Positions 11,802-22,748 of a DNA stretch of 64,000 nt are shown here, in pieces. Positions within the stretch are counted from its first letter, which is position 1. Each line of letters starts with the position of its first letter. A program made the translations under genes and the position numbers. The DNA lies in NCBI RefSeq assembly GCF_009914755.1, contig NC_060947.1; one strand, given 5' to 3'. A model generated the notes under the pieces. The model was not told where the DNA came from and made no database searches. It was given only the letters and a program-made list of their open reading frames with translations. The DNA is from the human T2T-CHM13v2.0 reference genome, Homo sapiens.

Positions 11802-13890
11802 GTAAGTCAGCTCCCACGTTTAAAATCAGCTCCGAGCCTTGCACAGGGAGCTTTAGGGAAAGCTTCTTCACGGAAACAAAAATGAGGCGTTTTAGCAATA
11901 ACACAGAAATCAAACTCTCCTGGCAGAAAGCTTCCAGGCAAACTCCTTGCCCTAACTCCCTAAAAAGATTGTCTTGCCATACCTCGCTTTTTTGCTGCAA
12001 CCTCCCCAAGTGCTGGAAAACAGAACAAGTATTAGCCCCACGTAGCTTAAATTCTTAGAATTTGATTACTGATTTCTGTATAATTGGTCGGAAATTGCCT
12101 CTACCTCTCTCTGCTGCTGTTATAAAATATTTCTTCCTTTAACTCATGTTTGCCAGAACACTTGTGCTGTGTAATCACAGAGATAGTCCTGTAATATCCG
12201 AGTGTGGCAGTGAATTGGATTCCACATAATTAGTTGAACATAATTGAGCAATAATGTGTAGTTATGGAGGAAATTTACTGGACCTCACACAAAGGAAAAT
12301 TTCTAGAGCAGTGGCGTGTTGTTCCCGAAGTAATTGTGCAAAGCATCACCTACAGTACTGACTCTGTCTTTTCTGCTCCGGAAACATCATTAACACGCCT
12401 ACCTCTACAGCAACATTCTCTACGCTGTCCTTCTCTTTCTGCAGAGTGGCCGATTTCAGAGTGGTCGTAAGGGAACAAATCAGTAACTCTCAAGATCACA
12501 GGATGTCTTTGGCACCTAACATATAGGTGTCCAATAAAAAGCTATTTTCAAAATTATTTATTAAAAAACTCACTGAAACTGTTCTTTCATAGAGAAAACA
12601 CAAGACACACATATTTCTAATATCATTATCTCCTTATCTAGATTTTTCCCGTATGTAAAATAGCTGTTTTCCACTGCTTTAGGGACTGTACAACTACATG
12701 CTCTTAAAAATAGCTCCAGATAGCTGAGCAGCACTTTCCAGCTGAATAGAAAACATCATTAGTAAAACCTAGGTCCAAATTCTGATGCCTATAAATGTTT
12801 TTCCAGCATTTCCCACACCTTGATTCCTGCAGAATCCACAAGCCTAAGGCAACAGATGCACACACATGCATGTGCACAAACACACATGCTGTAAATACAA
12901 AAAGCCAAAACCACCTTATAAAGTGTTTGCACTTATTAATGTATTGAATCTTGTCAAATCACATCAAGCCTTCCATTTCTTCCACACCTAAATGCCACCT
13001 ACATCTATCTTTTACCCTATTTGAAAAGACTGTGGAAAAAAAATCCGCAAATCTGTAAATAAGCAAATAAGGCTATATATAAGTGTTTCTTATTTTATTT
13101 ATTCATTGTGTACTGATACATTCAAGCTAATTCTATTCAGCACACCCAAGGTGCCTAAAGCATTAACTTTTTCTGAAAGGCTAAGCTGCCCCTAAACGTT
13201 TGATCCTGATGTTTGTTCCCCTGAAACAGGTTAATGAGTATTTAAAAAAAACCCAAAAACTGGCTGATTTTTAATGCAACCAGCTTCACAAAAACAGATG
13301 GCGTATGACCTGCCTAATTAGATAACACAGATAGAATCTCATTCCCTGAACAAAGCTGCCTCTTGAGTAAGCCTGCTACATATCACGTATCCCAGCCATA
13401 AAAATGAGTCTGTCAAGTGGGTTTTTCCCCCTGAATATCATCAATCATGTTATTTCTGGTTTCTTCTCTTGTCCCTCACCTGCCTCCAGGCTCTATCTTC
13501 CTGTTTTGATCTACATTGACAAATTTGAGAAAAGATGGGCAAATGCCAAAGTTTGGCACTAACTCTTAACATTAAAATAGCTGAAAATTTGAAAACTTTC
13601 CCAAATGAACATTTTTTTCACTGCCAAGAAAGTCCATGGAGATATATTTGTTCTCCACACTGTAGTCTTGTGTGGCTAAGAGGATGGGTTTTGAATGACC
13701 ACACCAAGATATCAAATCAACTCTTTAGTTCATCCCATCTCTCCTCATAAAAACACACACAAAGAGTTGTCGTAGGCCATCAATCCATCAATCCCCCCAT
13801 CAGGGAGGGATCCAGCCATACCTGCTTATTCTCCAAGATTATCTTATGGATAATTATTGGGCTGTGTCACCAAACCCACCCCCACCAAAA

Positions 13891-13931
13891 ACACATACAT
13901 GTGCGCGCACACACACACACACACACACACA
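13891..13931. repeat. (CA)n microsatellite preceded by TGTGCGCGCACA
   Basis: About 40 bp of alternating purine-pyrimidine sequence. Confidence 0.95.
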
Positions 13932-14467
13932 TCTAATTTTCTGAAACAAGAAGGCCTAAACCAATGATGAGAAGAAGAAACATTTGTCAGTAGCAGTTTT
14001 ATAGACTACAGTCTTTGGTTCCTTTCATGTCTTTTTGGAAATAGCTAGAAATGAAGGTGGTGGGGGAGTCTATTTCTGGGCCACTAACACCTTCAATCCT
14101 GAATCTTTCATGACACAAAGAGAAACATTGAAAATATAGCTGCAGCAAGGATTTAATGGAATTCCTGGGTGAGGGAGTCAGGATACAGGTGTGTAGGTTT
14201 ATTTTTCCAGTTTTAATATGGAAGAAAGGGAATGGCTTGTTTCCTCCATTGCTTAACATTGATGAATCCTTCTGTCTCCAAATTAGTTTCCCTATTGAGA
14301 CTGAGAGCACATGGAAGGGCTACAACTTGTTTTCATCCTTTTTATCCCCAACTCTCGGGAGAGTGTTAAGCAGAGGGGGTGCTTCATGATTGCTTCTTTC
14401 TATAAGTGTGGTGTTTACGGATGCCTTGGGACCCGACGTGGCTTCACCGTGCATCCTTTTTTCACAC

Positions 14468-14607
14468 ACACACACACTGAGATCACCACTGCCCTCCTCC
14501 AGCTGCTGCTCTCAGTTACACAAACACTGAGATCCCTGCCTTCCTCCAGCTGCTGCTCTTATTTACACAAACATCGAGGTCACCGCCCTCCTCTAGCTAT
14601 TGTTCCC
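14468..14607. repeat. Degenerate minisatellite, 3 copies of a 47-50 bp unit
   Basis: Units start at 14468, 14518 and 14565: ACACAAACACTGAGATC..CTGCCYTCCTCCAGCTGCTGCTCT. Confidence 0.85.
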
Positions 14608-16117
14608 GGGGCCATACAATCATCCACGTTCAGGGTTTAATTTTACTAGGTGATAAAAATGGATTGCAATGCCTGTCTGGGGATGCTGTTTGACCCATTT
14701 TATCAAGTCTCTGTGACTGTGTTCATTAAATTCATGCATGATCACCGTTCAGTAATGTTCCAGTAAGATCTGGGGAGGGAGCCGCCACAGCAGTGTCACA
14801 GTTTCCAAAGGTCCCCACATCTCCACAGAAACACAGACAGAATGAGCAGTTAGTAAAACCACACATGCAGCAGATTCACAGCAAAATCAGGTGAAGAGCA
14901 ACCTGCAAGCCTTGCAGGATCAGTGTCTGTGTGGGAGGAAGCAGGGGAAACATCAGGGATTCTGGCAGACCCAAAAACAGAAGAACCTGGAAACAGCCAA
15001 TAGGCTTGTGCTGGAAAGCATAGTGGGCCCATGTGAGAATAGCAGTGGAAATTGAGAGGAGTCTCATTGAACTCAACAGACATCCCCGCCAGTCTGAAGG
15101 GGCAGGGGGAGCTCTCTGGCCCCCACACGCCTTTGGAGCTGACACCGGGTTCCCTTCTAGGCAGGGCCCTCACACTGCAAGTAGAATCCAAGCTAAGCAG
15201 GGCAGGGACAAGAGAAACAAAGGGAAGAGAATCTCCAGCAGACTCATAATCTTGTAAAATCTACATGAAAACAACACAACAGTGAGGTCAGTAAGATTAA
15301 AATGCTACTCAACACAACTACTTCTAATGCTTCAGGAAAACTAACTTTATGTGAAAATGAACAATGGAAAAGGATCATGCTTGAATCTGACTCAAATTTA
15401 TTATAAGAAATGAAAGAAGAAAGAGCAGAGTAACATCTCCACAGACAAGAAAAGCATGCCAGAAGATACATTTTTATAAATCACTTGAAAACTGTAATTT
15501 TCTGTTTCGAAGAGAGCTAAAAAATACTCATAGAAATGACATACAACATTAAAATACAACACAAATCAGAAACTGAAATACTCAGAAATCACAACGCAGA
15601 ATTCAAGACAATGAGAAATAAGAAAAATAATCTCAGAAATAAAGAGTAAACTAGAAAAAATATGAGAGAGAACACATTAAAAATAACAAGAAAAATAAAA
15701 GGTACAAAAAGGAAGAAAATTTAAAATTAAAAAAAGTTGAAGATACAAAAAGTATTTGAAAGAAAGCGACAAGTATTTAAATGAGCAAAGAACATTGAAC
15801 GTGTTGACAATAGAAATCCCTGAAAGAAAACCCAACCAGGGCAACAAGTACCAAAAACTATAATTCAAGAAAATTTTGCAAAATAGGGATTTGAAATGAC
15901 ATATGGAAAGAGCAACTAACATCCCTGAGACCACTGACCCAGAAAACTGACATGAAGATGTTATCTACTAAAATGTCTGAACTTTAAAGGAAAAGAATCC
16001 TGTGGGTTTACAGGCAAAAATAGAAAGTGACACATAACTTAAATAAATTTACATCATTATCAGACTTGAACAGCGAGGCTTTTTTTTCCAGTAGAAAATG
16101 GAGTAATATATTTAAGA

Positions 16118-16458
16118 CAGGGTCCGCAACCCCTGCACAGTGGACCAGTACTGGTCCGTGGCCTGTTAGGAACCGGGCCACACAGCAGAAGATGAGCGAC
16201 AAGCGAGCCAGCATTACTGCCTGAGCTCTGCCCTCTGTCAGATCAGCGGCGGCATTAGATTCCCACAGGAGCACAAACCCTGGTGTGAACTGTGCATGCG
16301 AGGGATCTAGGTTGCACGTTCCCTGTGAGGCTCTAATGCCTGATTATGTGAAGTGGAACAGTTTCATTCAGAAACCATCCCTCCCGCCCCACCCCATTCA
16401 TGGAAAAATTGTCTTCTACAAAATCAGTCCCTGGTGTCAAAATGGTTGGGGACCGCTG
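16118..16458 (+). mobile_element. MER1B (hAT-Charlie MITE), full length
   Basis: TIRs CAGGGTCCGCAACC / GGTTGGGGACCGCTG; perfect 8-bp TSD ATTTAAGA at 16110-16117 and 16459-16466. Confidence 0.93.
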
Positions 16459-17060
16459 ATTTAAGATACCCAAGGAAGGAACCCGTGTCCAAGTTCTTTA
16501 TATTGAGCGAAATTGGCCTTCAAGCACAAAGAGCACAAACTTAAAGATGTAAGAAGCCAGGGAATGTTTTTTCCCAAGAGCCCTTCAGAAGGCGTCTGCC
16601 AGACAATGAGTTACAGAAAACCAGAATGATTGACTAGAGAGACACAGACCTAAGGCTGGTGTTGAGCATTAAATATATGACTTGCACACAAAAACTAACC
16701 GGGAGTTAAAAGGAAGAGAGCATAACATGCAATGGCTATACACTCAGACCATGTGAAAAACAGCACAACCATGAAAAATGGGGAAAGATTGAAGACAACA
16801 GAGTTAAAAAATTTTCTGAACTGTTTTTGGTAACCATTTTGGTGGTGATGGTAGCATTTGTATCATTATTTTGAGACAGTTATGTGTGTGGTGCAAGATA
16901 AAACAAATGAGGAATTATGCAATATTTTAATTCTAGCCTTCCCAGTGTTCTGGAGAATGCGGATCCTTGGTGTTGGAAAGGGAGATTAAAATTTCACATA
17001 GAGACAAGTATTACTGTAAACTCATAAACTACGTCGCCTTAAAAAAATTTCCAGCCCTTA

Positions 17061-17426
<366 letters not shown>

Positions 17427-18533
17427 CTAGCACCAAGATTATGTTCTTGAAATATCATTTCCCAGTGAAATACCCCAATGAATTTTGGAGAAATGGTCAG
17501 TTTCTAGCCTGGAGCTAGAATATGTACAAGATAACATCAAAGATCTTATAGAAGATATCAAGAAAACCATCAATGACTGCTCTGTGTCAAAAGGACTCAA
17601 AATCCAATAGGAAGAGACTCTCACTGACCATGATGGGACAAACTGAAGTTCAATAATGATAAGAACTGCAATGGATTGAAACGTATTTATTTAAAATCAG
17701 GAGTTTGTGATTAAATTTTTAAAAATTAATTGGTCCCTTTCTGAGGATTATAAGAAATCAATCCATTATCTTGAAGACTAGTAAATAAAACTAAAGAATT
17801 AAGCTTCTATCCTGCCTTTCCCACAGGAATTACATCACTGGGCAACACAGAGTAGATGAGAAGTGACGCCTAGTAACATTATTGCAGCTAATAAATGCGA
17901 ACAACATGATAGAGTCAGAATATCACCATTTTGCAACTTCCAGTGAATTAACAGATCTAGGCAGCTGCTAACATCACAAAATGAGTACAACTCAGTTACC
18001 ATTATGGCTCCTGAGGAGAGAACTCAACACTGCCTCATGTTGCCAACAAATTGACTCTAAATCTGGTCAAGCCTCTACATCTAGCTGCGGGAAATACAGA
18101 GAACACAGGAAAATATTCAGCTGCACCATAAGTAAGCAATCACAAATGTCCAAACTTTGACAAACTCGACAGGTCCAATGCCCTAGCTTTTTCAACAGGT
18201 AAATTGTAAAGAACAATACAGCAGCATAAAGGAATGGAGGAGAGCACTGTACATTAAAAGCCTTTAAAAGATCCAACTATACAAGTTGGCAGAACCTATA
18301 GTGTCTAGGGATACATATCTTAGAGAAAGAACTACACAGAAATGCAAGAAAACAATTGCTATAAAAGTTAACATAGTGGGTACACAGCAAGATAGAAGGG
18401 ATATGACCAGGACGGGGCACATGAATGGGGCTTCTACAGTATCTGCCAATGTTCTTTCTTATGACCGGGGTGATATTTACAAGGGTGCTTGCCACAGAAT
18501 CATAAATTAACCTATGCACATTTGTGTCGTTTT

Positions 18534-18535
<2 letters not shown>

Positions 18536-18572
<37 letters not shown>

Positions 18573-18846
18573 AGACAGGGTCATCCCGTGTTGCCCAGGC
18601 TGTAGTTCAGTGGCGTGATCATAGCTCACTGCAGCCTTCACCTCCTGGGCTCAAGTGATACTCTCAGCCTCTCAAGTAGATGAAACTACAGGTACATGCC
18701 ACTATGCCCCAGCTAATTATTTTATTCCTATTTTTTAGAGGCAGGGTCTCACTGTGTTACTCAGCTGGTCTCAAACTACTGGCCTCAGGTAATCCTCAGC
18801 CTCCCAAAGTGTTGGGATTACAGGCTCAAGCCACCACACTGAGCCA
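18536..18846 (-). mobile_element. AluJ element with a 36-nt pure T tract
   Basis: GAGACAGGGTC..GATCATAGCTCACTGCAGCC..CTCCTGGGCTCAAG J-type diagnostics. Confidence 0.92.
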
Positions 18847-19352
18847 GTTTTGTATAGTTTTCTGTTCCTTTGTTTTATTTTACAGTGAAAAGCTTAGTTA
18901 AAAAGGTAGAAAATTAATAATGCTTCAAGTTATCAAAGAATAGGGACAATCATATAAAGGAAAGAATCCAACAGGATAGCTGAAGCTCTGGAGAGAGGAC
19001 AGCATGGAGCTCCTAACTGCAGGAGTCAGGGCCAGGGACTCCAGGGATCTGAGTACGGCTGTGCTATTAAAGAGCTCAGAAGGCCCAAGTCCTGAGCCAG
19101 GTATGCTGGACTAAGAGGGAACACCTGGCATCGGCAAGAGACATCGTTAAGGAAAGCACCACGATTCAGCTCCACAGGGGTGGATCCCAAGACACAAACC
19201 ACCAGTCACAGACAGGCAGGCTGAAGAAAGAGAACTCAGCAGAAAAGTCCCAACTATCTGGCTCCACCTCATCCATCACCAGACACCAGCAGTATCTACG
19301 AGATAAAGATAGGCTGCAAGAAGAAAAACACTTTAAAAAAGGAAATGACAGC

Positions 19353-19978
19353 GGCCGGGCGCAGTGGCTCATGCCTGTAATCCCAGCACTTTGGGAGGCC
19401 AAGGCGAGCGGATCATGAGGTCAAGAGATTGAGACCATCCTGGCCAACATGGTGAAACTCTGTCTCTACTAAAAATACAAAGGATGAGTTCATGTCCTTT
19501 GCAGGGACATGGATGAAGCTGGAAACCATCATTCTCAGCAAACTATCACAAGAACAGAAAACCAAACACCACATGTTCTCACTCATAAGTGGGAGTTGTA
19601 CAAGGAGAACACATGGACATAGGGAGGGGAACATCACACACCGAGGCCTGTCGTGGGGCGGGGGGCTAGGGGAGGGATAACATTAGGAGAAATACCTAAT
19701 GTAGGTGATGGGTTGATGGGTGCCGCAAACCACCATGGCACGTGTATACCTATGCAGCAAAACTGCACATTCTGCACATGTACCACAGAACTTAAAGTTA
19801 AAAAAAAAAAAAATTAGCATGCACCTGTAGTCCCAGCTACTCGGGAGGCTGAGGCAGGAGAATCACTTTAACCCAGGAGGCAGAGGTTGCAGTGAGCCGA
19901 AATGGCACCACTGCCTCCAGCCTGGGCAACAGAGCGAGACTCCGTCTCAAAAAAAAAAAAAAAAAAACAAAAAAAAAA
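19353..19978 (+). mobile_element. AluSc split at its A-rich linker by an L1 insertion
   Basis: Left arm 19353-19480 (GAGGTCAAGAGATTGAGACCATCCTGGCC), right arm about 19813-19978 with A-tail. Confidence 0.92.
19479..19812 (+). mobile_element. 5'-truncated L1PA (about PA6/PA7) 3' end nested in the Alu
   Basis: Encodes the ORF2 C-terminus [33 protein letters not shown], then G-rich 3'UTR and poly(A). Confidence 0.95.
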
Positions 19979-20199
19979 CTGAAAGAGCACTTTGGAAAAT
20001 AAGGGATTTTTTAAAAGAATGATAATAATTTTTCCCTGAAATACATGTTTCTGAAAACTTTTCCAGAGGGACCCAAGATGAACATTATTTTCTGGACCTA
20101 TTCTAAAACATTTTCACTTTCTTCTTCCCAATTCAGATGATGTGCCTTATGCATCACCTTGGATCCTCTTGGCCTCTCTGTCCCTGAGGAAGTCACTCC

Positions 20200-20700
20200 T
20201 GGTGAGTAGTGGATCCATAAGTATGAAGGCTCTACCTGTGGCTGCCAGAGTGGAGACATGGGTGGGAGATAGTGTTCTGAGGGGGCACAGTGATATTTAT
20301 AAGGACAAAGTGAAGGATGCCGTTGGAAGTTTTGCAAAAAAATATATAGGCTCAGGGTAGTTAACCACCAATTTATGACACTCATCTCCAGCAACCACAG
20401 GGCAAGCAGATGGTGCTAAAAAGAAGATCCAGGGTTTCATTTAACAGGTAGCAGAGCTGCAAAAAAGACTGAACATGCAGTCTGACTTCTAAGTCAAAGC
20501 CAGAGCTCTGCTGAAGAAAGGATGGGACTCTGAGACACAGGAGGGGATTTTTACTTGGACCAGCCTAAGAATGGTAAGCCCCCTCCATCCCCCCAGGCAC
20601 TCTGAGCACCCAGAAGCAGCTCCACTCCTCTGTGGCCAGAATAGACCTGCACCTCCTTGTTTGGAGACCTCAAAATGGCTACACCTGAAGTGGCTGTCTT
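20200..20700 (+). mobile_element. Decayed ERVL/MaLR internal (gag-like) fragment
   Basis: Around 20493-20548 translates VKARALLKKGWDSETQEG, resembling the ERVL gag motif VKVRALIGKEWDPETWxG. Confidence 0.6.
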
Positions 20701-22026
20701 ATCAGATGATACCATTCTTCTTTATATTGGCAGGTCGCCAAAACCTCTGCAGAGTCCTCCAAGGCTCCCTCCACCTGGGCCCCCACGCAGTCATCTGTGT
20801 GTTGGGGAGGGGCTGGGCAGCACGAGTCAGGGCTGCTCCTCAAAGTCACCAAGGTGGAGAGTCACCAAGAAGGAGAGTCACCAAGGTCACTCTACCTCTA
20901 TGCATACCTCTTCTCCCCTTCCTGGAGCCCTAGCCAATATTGTCTAGGTTTTAGGAGAGCTGTCTCTCCTCAACCCCCAAATATTCCCACATTTTCCGTC
21001 TAGAATGAGTCCTCTATTCTCCCTAGCATCTTAGCCTCCTAGAAACCAAAGCCAACAGGAAACCCTCCCGTTATTTTCTGCTTTCTGCACTGAGGCCACA
21101 GGTTCACGAGAACCTCACTGCTTAAGCATGGGAAAGGACAGATAAGGGAACAATCAGGAGGGAATAAATAGAACTTCAAAAAATATTAACACATCACTGT
21201 AAAAATAAATAGAAAAATGGTGCAGGCATAAATGAGTCCAAGAGAGGGACATAACTCCCTGTCAAAGCAAGATTCTATATGAAAACATCTAATCCTCCAC
21301 ATTGGCCAGGTTGCAAATCACTATTTGCAATCTATCTTAAAATAGGATGTAGTAAAAGCAAAATTGAAAGAGACAGAAAAACCTCCTCGCGCAACTTAAC
21401 GCAACTTTGATTCCTTCCTGGCAACTTTTGAAAGGCTCTTTCAAATAACACAGACCCCAATTCCTCTGATTATTACCTGGCTCCATGGAAAAACCTGGGT
21501 GCAATCATCCGTTAGGTGAATTTTTTTATCAACCTGTTTTAAAAGCTTGCCAAAACTCACCACTGAAAGGGTTTTCTAATACCATAGCTGGACACGTATC
21601 TCTGTCCATAAACAAACACCCTTATTGGGAAATGATTTTCATCCGCCGCATATAAATGCACATCTTTATCCTGTAAATCAGAATCCTTGTCACGCAATCA
21701 TTTTGCATTTAAATTCTCCTCCCAGAATAACAGTATCCCAGGGAGGTATACACAGTATCTTTAAACTTAAGTGTCAGCCTGAACATAGACTTCACATCAG
21801 GCCTATTTTCTTAATGCCCCAAAATACAAAATACAAATCTCATTTTAGATTCATTAATCTGCTCATAGCCAAAAAAGCAACCATCCAACAGCTATTAATT
21901 AAAAGATATTTTAGGGCAATCCAGATGCCTTCAATCAAGTATTGTAGCTGCTTAGAGTTGCATTAAATTAGTTTATCTTCAGTCCAAAGTTTCACTTCAT
22001 CCATGAAACAATGTAAGTTGATCCCT

Positions 22027-22054
22027 TAAAAAATAAAATAAAATAAAATAAAAT
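22027..22054. repeat. (TAAAA)n simple repeat
   Basis: Directly visible. Confidence 0.9.
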
Positions 22055-22684
22055 AGAAGTGGGAGGCTTCCCAACTGTTTTCGTGAATGTGCTTACCATC
22101 TGGAGAATTCTTCTTCTATGTTCGCCACCACTTTAATCACCTTGCCTAATAAACAGGTGTGATTGATCAGAGCTGAAAGACAGACCACTTCCGTTCAAGG
22201 ACCCAAAGGCATCATTCAGTGATGATGTGCCTGAGAGTGGCTGGAAGGCACACATTCCCAGGCAGCCAAACAATTGTGAGCTTCACAGCCCTAATAAAAT
22301 AGAAAATTAGAGACACAATTTTAATGTAGATATCAGTGTGCATTCAAGCTGTTTTTTAAAAATAGGAAATAAATCGTATTTATTAGTCACACTTGACAAC
22401 TGTCTGAAAATGGTCCAGGATGCAGCAAATCTCAGCAAAGCTACCTCATAGTCACCAAACATATATGACCAGCAGCCAACAACAATAAACACTGTACTTA
22501 GGGCTGACAACAGCTGAAACCCAGCCATCCTGCCTGCCAAGCTATTTTATGTGTTTCATTCTCGAAGTTGGATTATCTGTTATCTTCGTATGTCATTTTT
22601 ATGAAATAAACTAAAGAATGGGTTTAAGTATATTATATGCAATGGATATGAAAGAAAATTAAATCTGTATGTCTTCAAAAGAGA

Positions 22685-22748
22685 TATATATGATCCAGGT
22701 GGATATCCTACATATCATATATATATATGATATATATTATATATATAA
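22685..22748. repeat. Interrupted (TA)n / AT-rich low complexity
   Basis: Directly visible. Confidence 0.8.

Noticed and set aside
12445-12466. 22-nt micro-exon (TTCTCTTTCTGCAG| ... |GTAAGG)
   Set aside because: Acceptor is plausible but the donor context is weak; such pairs arise by chance and cannot be supported without RNA data
14468-14607. CRISPR-like repeat array
   Set aside because: Eukaryotic context; contiguous degenerate units with no unique spacers and no cas genes
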